From positions 62,498,001 through 62,562,000 of the forward strand of contig NC_087437.1 of the NCBI RefSeq assembly GCF_036321535.1: a stretch of 64,000 bases of DNA, in the 5' to 3' direction. A program made the translations under genes and the position numbers. The notes beneath the pieces were generated by a model, which worked only from the letters and a program-made list of their open reading frames with translations, was not told where the DNA came from and did no database searches. Shown here in pieces: positions 1 through 9,531 of this stretch (positions are counted from its first letter, which is position 1; every line of letters starts with the position of its first letter). Source of the stretch: Camelus dromedarius. Its lineage: Eukaryota.

Positions 1-436
1 TCTTCCCCATCTTTCAGCACTTGGCCCAGTACCCACCTCCTCCACAATGTGACCTTTAGCTACCCGAGCCCCTGAGTTCCCACTGTTCCTAAGGCTGCTG
101 CTGGATGTGACAGTCATGTAACTCTACAAAGATGGGGCCTGAAACTTACACAGCTACTGTGTCCCCTGTGGAATCCAGCAAAGAGCCAGGTGCAAAAGAG
201 GTCTTGAAATTGAACATAACTGTACTGCACTGGATTGAATTAATTTGAATTGAGTAATATAGGATATAGATATAGAAGAAATGATTGGGGACTTGAATTT
301 TAGAGTCTCAGGTCTTTATTTGTTAAATTCCAAACCTATTAAAAAGCAATTACCACAACAATTGAGTGAGTGCTTTACAAGTCACCTTATCCATACTGTC
401 TTCCTAATTCATCTTTGAATTCTGTGTGCCTCTCAG

Positions 437-562
437 AGCAAGACCGGTGTGACTACTATGGTTGTGAGAAGAAGAATGACCAGGACAACTGCTCCAGTGG
501 TTTACTGTGTCAGTGCAAACAGGGGCTGGTGAGGCCCAACCCGCAGATCCCCATGTGTGTCG
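437..562 (+). CDS. MUC13: Mucin-13 internal coding exon (Cys-rich/EGF-like region; probably exon 7 by human numbering)
   Basis: tctcAG acceptor at 435-436, GTAAGG donor at 563, phase 1/1. Encodes (E)QDRCDYYGCEKKNDQDNCSSGLLCQCKQGLVRPNPQIPMCV. Splices in frame with the four downstream exons. Confidence 0.9.
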
Positions 563-891
563 GTAAGGGCTCCCTTGGTTCTAAATGTCCCTTTCCTCTC
601 TCCTTATACATTTTCAAAATACAGACTGTCCTGCTCAAGTTCCCATGTGCATTTCAGAGTCTAAGGAGTGGGAATGTTGGCTGTAGACCTACGGACCTGG
701 GTGGGGCCTTGGCTGAGAGCCGGTGAGGAGAGCCTTGTGCAGCTTCACAGGGGGCACATTACGTGCAGACCACTGAGCACTTCCTTTTACCTAGAAAGAG
801 CAATGTGAAAAACACTGTATTCTGTGACATGTCACTTTGGATAGGAGGAGGTTGTGTCTGAAAATTACCCAGAAATCACTCTGTTTTGCAG

Positions 892-1021
892 CCTTCGGTC
901 CAACCTGCGATGACACCTGCAACGCAGAGAACAAGCGGCAATGTTTAGTGAGGAGCAGCACGAGCGTGGACTGCGTGTGCCTGCCGGGCTACCGGGAGGA
1001 CAGTCACGGGGCCTGTCAACC
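892..1021 (+). CDS. MUC13: Mucin-13 coding exon (EGF-like domain)
   Basis: ttttgcAG acceptor, GTAAGA donor at 1022, phase 1/2. Encodes AFGPTCDDTCNAENKRQCLVRSSTSVDCVCLPGYREDSHGACQP, with EGF-type CxC-x-PGY spacing. Confidence 0.93.
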
Positions 1022-1151
1022 GTAAGAGAAGACACTGCTTTTTCATCTTGCCGTAGCTGAGGCTGAGCGAAAAGGATAGAGCTTGTAACAGATGTATGAG
1101 TTTAGGGTCAGGGTGTTGGCTCCTGCCAAAAGCTGGTAGGTACAGAGCATC

Positions 1152-1412
1152 ATGACCATGACTGTCATCATCACTATCGTCATCATAACCATCGTCGTTA
1201 CCACCACCACCACCAACCACCCAACACCACCTCTATCCCTGCCACCACTATCACCACCACCACCATCATCACCACCATTACACCACCATCATCACCACCA
1301 TCACCACCATCACCACCATCACCATCACAATCACCGCTACACTACCATCATCACCATCATCACCATCATCACCACTACCACCATCATCACCATCAGCAGC
1401 AGCAGCAGCAGC
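1152..1412. repeat. Compound (CAC/CAT)n microsatellite ending in ~6 CAG units
   Basis: Directly visible trinucleotide array in the intron; abuts a MIR tail. Confidence 0.95.
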
Positions 1413-1590
1413 TTTTGAACATCCTCTGTGTGCTAGGAACCACACTAGGTAATTCTTCTCACACAACAGCACTGTGCCCATTTTCAGGTGAGGAACCCGA
1501 AGCTCAAAGAATATAAATAACGTGCCCCACCTCACCGGGCAGCAAATATTCAGCAGGGCCAGGTAGGCCCACAGCCCGAGGGGGTCCTGC
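1413..1590 (-). mobile_element. MIR SINE fragment
   Basis: cccattttcaggtgaggaacccgaagctca resembles the antisense MIR core. Confidence 0.6.
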
Positions 1591-1875
1591 TATGCTCCGT
1601 GCCTCTCAGGCTCAGCCTCCCCTGAATTGCTGAATCCTCCTGGTGCTCACAGCATGAGCATTCATGGTAGCAAATGGAAGCATGTGGGATTGTGTGCCCC
1701 CCTCAACCTTCCAGGTTTAGCCAGGAAGATGGGGAGGGTAAGAAAGAAATGACGAAAAGAAGATGGAACAGGGAGGATAAAGAAAGAGATGCAAGGACCA
1801 TACGGAGGTTGGGTGGGAGGTCTGGCCTGCTCCCACAAGGCTCTTTACCACGGTTTCCTGCTCCTTGTGTTTCAG

Positions 1876-1913
1876 GTGTGCATTTGGCTACAGCGGAGTT
1901 GGCTGTAAAGACA
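1876..1913 (+). CDS. MUC13: Mucin-13 short coding exon (EGF-like C-terminal part)
   Basis: tttcAG acceptor, GTGAGT donor at 1914, phase 2/1. Encodes CAFGYSGVGCKD and keeps the frame between the flanking exons. Confidence 0.92.
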
Positions 1914-2725
1914 GTGAGTAGAAAAGTCTTGCTCTGTTATTCAATAACTGAGATACAAACCTTGACCACATTCAGAATCTGTCCAGTGCCCCAAGTCTCG
2001 GGCCTGTTTCTCAAAGACACAGAAAACCTGCCTGTGTTTGTCTTCTGGGTCAGGCCATCCCATGCCCACCCTTAGTCTCGGGCAGGGCCCCTCTGCTGTG
2101 AGAAATCAGAGAAGTCAGTCCAGCACGTGGGCTGCTGCCTCTGGACTTGCCCCAGGCCAAGAAGGGAGTCCCAACCTTATGTTTCCTTCCTACAGTAGCT
2201 TAAATACACCTTGTCTGCTGCTAGAAAGGATCCAAGGCCAGTGTTTTCCAAAAATGTGTGGTCATGGGAGAGCAGAACTAGAAAACAGACGTTAAATATT
2301 CAAATCTTTTCTGCCTGAGAGTGATTTCTTAGTTTGCATGTGTTGTTGCAAATTCAGTTGCTTAGTTCTTTCCCACCAGTTGGGGTCAATACTAACTTTA
2401 TATGTTAAATGATTTTATATTTGAAATTGTATGTAATGAATTAAAAGATCAGTGATGAATGAAATACCCCTGTCAGTCTCTCAGCCAGCCACAAAGTTAG
2501 TGATGAGAGATGCTTTCAATTCCTACTATCTTTTGCTGTGAGGCTGGGTTTGCTAAATCATTTCTCCTTTCTGGGGTTTCTGTGTCCACACCTATAAAAT
2601 GAGAGTTTCGGACCAGATCACCTTTGAGGGTTTTTTCCTAGACTTAATGGTTGATGGCCCCGTGAGTGAGGTTGGAGGTGATACGCAGGGCAGTCATGCA
2701 GAAGAAAAAATCCAAGTGGTTAGAG

Positions 2726-3013
2726 CAGCAGCGTCCAACAGACACAGCACATGAGCTGCAGAATTAATTTCAGATTTTCAAAGTGTTAAGTAAAATGTAA
2801 AAAGTAAAAAGAAATAGGTGAAAATGATTTTAATTATTTTATTTTGCTTGATATTGAACACATTATCATTTCAACAGGTTATTAATCTAGGAATTATTAA
2901 TGAGATGGATTACATTTTTTTCATACTGTGTGTTTGGAATCCGCTGCACATGTTACACTTAAAGGCCAGCCCAAGGCCACTTTTCAAGGGCTCAGTAGTG
3001 CCAGACAGAGCAG
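2726..3013. mobile_element. hAT-Charlie MER3/MER33-like DNA transposon remnant
   Basis: Decayed cagc.gcgtccaa / gacagagc termini flanked by tagag-like target sequence; AT-rich interior typical of the family (recalled consensus). Confidence 0.55.
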
Positions 3014-3494
3014 ATCTAGAGGAGGATGGGTGGTAATGAACTTCCAGGCTCTTCCCTCACCGGTTCCATCAGGCCATTTCCTGGATCCTCTGTTACTGGC
3101 ACAGTTAACCCCCACCTGGTTCCCCTAGTTTATCAGCAAGGTCAGCGATGGGCAGGCACAGGCAGCAGAGGCACGGAGGTGTGTGGACCTCAGATGAGAT
3201 CCCACCCACCACGAAGCCCAACAAGGTCCTGCCACCATGGCCTCCTTTGTGTTTATGGTCTTGGTTTATCTCGCAAGGCTGTCTCTTCTGATTGAGTTCT
3301 GAAGACACAGATGGGGGTGGGTGGACAGAGGGTTAAAGGAGGTGGGCCACCCTCCATCCTGGCCCTGGAGGCATCAGAGACCACAGCCTGATTGTCCTCA
3401 GGGCCAGGACCCACTGGGAACGCATGCACCTGTGCAGTAGGCAGTGGAGGTGTGCTCGGGGGAGCCTCTCCTACTCAGCTCTTTTCTCTTTCAG

Positions 3495-3579
3495 ATTTTC
3501 AGCTGATCCTCACCATCGTGGGTACCATTGCTGGCATCCTCATCCTCGGTGTAGTGACTGCATTCATCTTCTCGATAAG
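3495..3579 (+). CDS. MUC13: Mucin-13 transmembrane exon
   Basis: Polypyrimidine tract plus tcAG, GTATAG donor at 3580, phase 1/2. Encodes NFQLILTIVGTIAGILILGVVTAFIFSIR, a hydrophobic helix matching the MUC13 TM segment. Confidence 0.94.
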
Positions 3580-5558
3580 GTATAGGATGAAGTGTCCCTT
3601 TTGGGGGACACAGTGATACCATCATTACACTCTGGTTTCCAAACTTCCAGACGTGCCCAGACTTCCCTGGGCAAGAGCTGAAAAATACGGCGAGGCCTCT
3701 CTCACACCAATGACCTTTTTTTCTTACCTGAATTTTCTTCTGATTCTATAAGCTACACATGATCATTGAAGAAAAGAGAGAAATGTGTACAGGAGCAGAA
3801 TAAACACTCACCCACAAAACCTGACACCCTGCAGTCACCAACATTTTGAAATACATTCTTCCAGGTTGTTTCTACCTTTTAAAATGACATAGATAATTTT
3901 GTATTCTTTGTGTTTTAAAATTTTTTTCCTGAGGTTTGTTTTTGCTTAATACTGTACTGTGACAGAGCAGCCGCTCTCTGATGGCACTGAGACTCGTCTG
4001 TTAGCGTATTTGACTCCACTGATGTTGTCAGATCTAATTTTCATCAATCACTCCCCTGCCCAGGTCTTCACACAAATAGCCAGACAACCTCAAGTGAGCC
4101 CCTGGGCTTTAGAAACATGATCTCCTCATGGCTGCTCCTCAGCGTGGTGTCTTAAGTGCTCTTCTTAAAACTTGAGTGGGGTCCATTCATTTCCTGAACG
4201 AATAGTTAGATATCTTGAGTTCCCTCCATGAGCAGGGTGGAAAGCTGTTATCCAGTCCATTCTAAATGTGCCAAGTGAGGAGCCACTGTGGTAAAACCAA
4301 GCTACTTAAAAATAACATTTATCTGCTATCAAATTTTGGCAAAATAGGTATTTTTGCACTGTAACAAGAGAGGACAAATAGAGTTTACTTTTCTAAAATT
4401 TTATTTGTCTTCTATTCCATTTTGATATTAACTCTTCCCCAGAGACTTGCTTGCCAGGATGCCAAGCTGGGAACTGAGAATGACTCCTTTTGCAGGGAGA
4501 GGGCCAGGACCCAGGGTTCTGGAGCCAGGCTGTCTCTCTCGGGACTGGCTCCTGCCCTGCGGGGCCGTGGGGGGACGCTCGCCCCTGGGACAGCCCTGGT
4601 TCTCGGTTCTCCCTCCTAGTGCAGAGCCTGGCTTGCTCTTAGCTCAGCCTCAGTCTCGTGACTCTTGGGAGCAAGCCAGGAGTTATCATTTCTTGTCCAT
4701 TTCAAGGGAAGGAAACCTCTCCTCCGTCACCTTAGACAGGAGGGCTGTCACAGGGCAGGAGCTGTACTGTGGGCTGGGCTGGCCATCACGGTCACCAGGG
4801 GGCTGGGTCTTCCTTTACAACATTCCCAGTGTCTGAGGCTCACCCTGGGACTGCCCTGTGGCCATCATAGGTGCCTCTGGCCCCACGACCCACTCTGAAG
4901 GGCAGGACCATGGCTGGGGTTTGAGGTTCACTTGGGGCAGATGCCTCCTTCACCTGCAAATACTTCCATTTGGCTTTGACCCTTTGAGATCCCTGAGGGC
5001 CTGCAGCAGAACCTGGGAAACTTTGGTTCCTCCTCCTGAGACCTTTATACCTGGGACTCACTTTATTCACTGAGGTGCTTCTGTGGATAGTGACTCTGCC
5101 TGAATGAAAGTTTTGTCACAAATCATCTTTTTTCTTTGACCTTTATTATCATTTCCATAAAGAATTCAAAGACACACTTAACAATACTAACATTATTAGC
5201 AAATAGTAAATGGGATCAGTAGAATGAGACAGTAATGCTAGATCAGGATTAACGTTCTGGTTTTGATGGTTTCCTGGAACTTATGAATGGACTGAGGGAA
5301 TCTGCATGGAATGAAGTAATGAGACACTATGGGTGGTGGACATCAGGTCTGCAGCTTGTTCTTAAATAGCTCAGAAATATTAACAACGGGGAATCTGGGT
5401 GATAGATGTATGGGAGCTTCGTGTAATACTGTTTTTTGTAACTTATACGTAAATTTGAAATTACTCAAAATGTTAAATCTTTTTTAAATAAAATATTAAT
5501 ATTCGCTTCAAGGAACTTGCCACCATTGTCAGATTCTAATTCCTGTTACTGATTACAG

Positions 5559-5937
5559 ATTAAAGATCAAAGGCAAGAATATGGAAGAACAGAACTTGGT
5601 TGAGAATGAATTTCAAAATCTGAGACTACAGGAGATGACCGGCTTTAGCAATCTCGGAGCAGATGGGAGCATCTTCCCTAAAGTCAGTCTGAACCTCTCT
5701 GAAGACAGTCAGCCACAGGGTCCCTATGCAAACCTCAATCTCAGAGCACATGGGAGCATCTTCCCCAGAGTCAGGCTGAACCTCTCCGAAGACAGTCAGC
5801 CACAGGGTCCCTATGGAAACCTCAATCTCGGAGCACATGGGAGCATCTTCCCTAGAGTCAAGCTGAACCTCTCCGAAGACAGTCAGCCACAGAGTCTCTA
5901 TACAGACCAGGCTAGTACACCACGGCCCAACTATTAG
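5559..5937 (+). CDS. MUC13: Mucin-13 cytoplasmic-tail exon (last coding exon, ends in TAG)
   Basis: ttacAG acceptor, phase 2. Encodes LKIKGKNMEEQNLVENEFQNLRLQEMTGFSNLGADGSIFPKV...TPRPNY*, resembling the MUC13 tail motifs FQNLxL, GFxNLGAxGSxFPKV and PRPDY. TAG at 5935-5937 is followed directly by a GTGAGT donor. Confidence 0.94.
5650..5910 (+). repeat. Coding tandem repeat, 3 x 87 bp (29 aa), in the MUC13 tail exon
   Basis: Units start at 5650, 5737 and 5824 (aatctc.gagca.atgggagcatcttccc...). Pairwise differences counted by eye: 7, 10 and 11 of 87 nt. Confidence 0.97.
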
Positions 5938-8047
5938 GTGAGTCTTGACGTGCTTTCTGTTTCCTTTGCTGAGTGAGATGCCCCAGGGACCTGGCTGTTG
6001 TATCATCACCAGCCTTGGCTGTCCTGTAGGCTTTTTTTTTCAATCCAAAGCTATTGTAAATAGCCACCACCTGGTCCCTAACACTGACCATGTATGTGAC
6101 TTTAAACACATCGCTTAATTTCTCTGGCTGTCTATTTCCTCAGCTGTAAAAAGAGAAGCTTTAATTTAGATGCCTCTATGGTCTCTTTAAATCCGTTTCT
6201 ACGGATATGACTCCAGTGGTTGTGATGACAGCTCCCAGACTGTTGCAGGAACTAGGACCTGGCTCAGGCCTAGGCAGCACTGCTGGATGTAAGCACGGTC
6301 CTGTTTACGTGGACCCTTCCCATCCAGCCCACAGAAGGACAAAGCTCCCCTCTCCTCCCCGCAGACCTCAAGGCAGCCAGATCAATTTCTGAGGCTGGTA
6401 ATGCTTTATTTCCCATGGGAGGGCTTGCGATGTGACTAGCTCGTCCTCAGATGTGCATTAGATAAGCGCAGCTGGCACTGCTTAGTGCAACCCAGTGAAA
6501 TGCTGAGAGGAGAAAGCCTTCAGGGGACTCCTGCGGGGAAGAGGGACAGGACAGAAGGAAGGAGGGATGGCCCAGGAAGAGGAGGGAGCCAGAGAGGAGA
6601 GAAGACAGGAGAGGAGAGAAAGGATTTGTTTTCAAAAGGAAGAGTGAGGAGAAAGGGATGGAGGGAGAGGTGGGGTGAGGCATCCCCAGGAGAGTAGAAA
6701 ATAGGCTGAGAGAGGAGGAGACATGGGAGGTGGGGGAGGGGCTTGGGAGGGAGCACAGCACTGGACCCCCCACTCCCATCCCCACCCCCGAGTGCGATCA
6801 CTTCTGCGGGCGGCCCAGGTGAAAGTCCCGTGGGCGCCCCTGTTGGTCCTACCTGAGGTGAACCTTAACCATCGAACTCATTTCAAACCTTTTCTCCACA
6901 TCGCTGGAGCCCTTACCTCAAGTATAACCTCTGAAGAAAGCCCTTTGGTGGCTGAGTCGGTGTGGGATTTAAATCAGACACCTGGCTTCACAGCCTTGCC
7001 CTTCCTGCTACTAAGTCTGTGGTCTCGGGCTAGTTCCCTGACTTCTCTGGGTTTGTTTTCTCATCTGTGAAATGGACAAAAGGATGCCTCCCTCAAAGGA
7101 TAAAGATCAAATAAGCTAATATGCATAAAGAACTCAGCACAATGATGGGTTCTAATTGGAACAGTAGTATTAAATAATGTTAATTAAAATTATAGTAATC
7201 CTTTATGAATCTAAATTGTCTCATACGTTTCTGTTGCAATACTTTTCTAAGAATTCCCCCCCACCTCTCTTTTTGTCTAGGATGGTAAAAGTTTGGGACC
7301 ATTCATGGCCCTGAACCCAGCATATGAGCTTTTACTTCGAGTGTTTGGAAGACTGAAGGAGACGTGAGCAGCTGGGAAGCTCTGACGTTTGGGATTTCTC
7401 TTCCAACCAACACCTAGCCTCTCTGAATGGAAGTTGTGACAGTTTGCAGTGAATACAGCTTGTTTGCTAAGTACCTGTGAAATTAAATGCACACAGATGG
7501 GACCAGCACTTGTTAAGATAGTTGATTTGCTCCAGTCAGTACAGGGGTTGGGGTTTCTTTTACACGGTGGAGCAACAGTAACCATTTCCAATCTAGACGG
7601 AAGTGCCCCAGATGGTTCACTCCTGGAAGAGTCTACAAGAGTGTCACTTTGAGTTGACAGCCTGTGCATAAGTGACCTAATTCTGGGAGACTCCTACACA
7701 TCAGCTGTGGAGGTCCCAGGGGATGGGAAGAGACACCATCCTTTAAGGTTCTTGGGTTCATTCTCGGGCAAGTGACTGTAAGGAAGCTGGACGGGGAGGC
7801 TGAGTCAGGGAGAAGATACCCAGGACCCACCTTCACCCTCAGAGTCCCCGCCTCGATGAGCGAATGGGCACTTCCTCTACTTCGTGTCCCACCCAAGACT
7901 CAGAACCTAGGAAAGGGTGTAAAGACAAAACTCCCAGCGCAAGAGGTTAAAGTCACTTCAAACTTGTAGGCCTTCTGTCCAGCTGATGGTGAGAGGCAGC
8001 TGTGCTCTGGATCCAGATGTTCAGCCTTGTGATGCAGATTCCGGGTC

Positions 8048-8160
8048 TTTTTTTTTTTTTTTTTTTTTTTGAGGGGGAGGTAATTAGGTTTATTTATTTT
8101 TAAATGGAAGTACTGGGGATTGAACCCAGGACCTTGTGCATGCTAAACACATACCCTCCC
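8048..8160 (-). mobile_element. tRNA-derived SINE (camelid vic-1-like) in the MUC13 3' UTR, internally deleted
   Basis: T-tract tail at 8048-8070; antisense B-box ggattgaaccc; flanking duplication gtgatgcagattc at 8029-8041 and 8163-8175. Confidence 0.88.
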
Positions 8161-8383
8161 TCGTGATGCAGATTCTGGAGCCTCACTAAAGAACAGAGGC
8201 CTTCCCTGGGGACAGAGGCTTAGCAGGGGCTACCAACACACATACAGCCAAGAAAGGGGGAAGCTACATCCAGCACAGTCTTTCTTTAATGATAATAGTA
8301 TCCTTGTTTATGTCTAATGTCTGGTCTCCTTGGGCAAGTCATTTTTATTTGTTATTGTTATTATTTGTTCTTGACTGTTAACA

Positions 8384-8389
8384 AATAAA
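8384..8389 (+). terminator. Polyadenylation signal of MUC13
   Basis: AATAAA preceded by a T-rich tract (8341-8375) and followed by GT-rich sequence. Confidence 0.7.
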
Positions 8390-8564
8390 GTGTCTTTAGT
8401 AGCTGGTGTCCATCCTTGTATTTGGGACTTTGGATGACGCACATAGCAGTTACGTGTCACTTTCAATGGCAAACACGATACATGGCAAACCAAGGTGATT
8501 GACGTCTGCTGTCCTCATGAGGGCCTGCTGGAATACCCACGGTAATTTATTTTATCATGGAGTA

Positions 8565-8971
8565 GATATTTTTGGCTGCTTCCCCAAGCATACCTCATAG
8601 CTCTTCCGTTATGAAGCAATCAAGCATTTTGGGTGGGACTGATCCCATCCCCAGCTCCAAATGTAGGCCCTGATTGGCCCAAGTTGACTGTATCCACCCT
8701 CCTTGCCACAGTGATTGACTTAATAAGCACGTGGCATAAGTGGATGCAATTGGAGTAAAGCTCAAATGTTGGTAGGAGGCTTGGAGGAAGAGAGACTCTC
8801 CTGGAGGGTTGGGTTGAGGATGTAATGCCTTGAACTCCTTCAGTATTGCTGCTCTGACACAGAGATGAGGGCAAAGCTGATCAGACTATACCTGAAGTCT
8901 CTACACTTTACTGTTAGGCCAGTTTGAGCAATTGTTTCTGTTTTTGCAGGTGAAAGCATCCTCACTGACAC
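8565..8971 (+). mobile_element. MaLR (MLT1-like) LTR remnant
   Basis: The 3' end aggccagtttgag...gtttctgtttttgcaggtgaaagcatcctcactgacaca resembles MLT1 termini. Confidence 0.5.
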
Positions 8972-9004
8972 ATCTCTTGTGTTCTCAAGGCTAGCTAGTG
9001 AAGG

Positions 9005-9531
9005 TGTAATAGAGGAGAACAAATCTGACTCTACATTGGATCTGTTCCTTTAGTTTTAACCACTGTGCTCTGTTTCCTAGGCTTAGTCTTGCTAGCTCTG
9101 CACCCTTTGTGAAACAGTGTTGCCTTTGGCCTGGAATATACAGGACAGCCTATTCTCCGGGCTCTGACCTTTAAGGATGTTAGCACTCGTGCGCTTACGT
9201 AGAGATGGCAAGTTGCAAAATAGAGAATAACGTTTGTTTAGTTGGAGGTTTACAGGGACACCGTGGCCTGACCCAAGTGGACGGCTGCAAGAACACAGAA
9301 TTCCTACAGCAGGAAGTTTGCAACAACCAGCCACACCCCCTCCCCTGTTTTTTTTGTGTGTAAAAGAAGCCTGTATCCTGACTGGATAGGATGGTTCTCC
9401 AAGACATTAGTCGGCCATCCTCTCGGTCTGCTGGCTTTCTGAATAAAGTTGCTATTTGTTGCCCCAACACCTTGTCTCCCGATTTATAGGCCTGTCATGC
9501 GGCGAGCAGAACAAATTTGGACTCGGTAACA
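9005..9531 (+). mobile_element. ERV1-type solo LTR
   Basis: TGTAA...TAACA termini; AATAAA near 9442; flanks aagg/aaag form an imperfect TSD. Its R/U5 region is homologous to the reverse complement of the LTR at 46769-47198. Confidence 0.8.

Larger units (their letters stand above)
7281..8410 (+). other. MUC13: MUC13 terminal non-coding exon (3' UTR); end approximate
   Basis: Strong acceptor ctctctttttgtctAG at 7279-7280 pairs with the donor right after the stop codon. AATAAA at 8384-8389 has U-rich upstream and GU-rich downstream sequence. Confidence 0.72.

Noticed and set aside
945..1535. Poly-His/Thr/Asp ORFs (1152-1418 +, 945-1220 -, 1278-1535 -)
   Set aside because: Translations of an intronic trinucleotide microsatellite with no splice or homology support.
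5724..5823. ITAM in the MUC13 tail (two YxxL motifs)
   Set aside because: The tyrosines are 29 residues apart, whereas an ITAM needs YxxL/I-x6-8-YxxL/I. The ITIM consensus (hydrophobic or Ser at -2) is also unmet because that residue is Gly.
5626..6009. 127-aa antisense ORF with internal repeats
   Set aside because: Shadow of the MUC13 coding triplication on the opposite strand.
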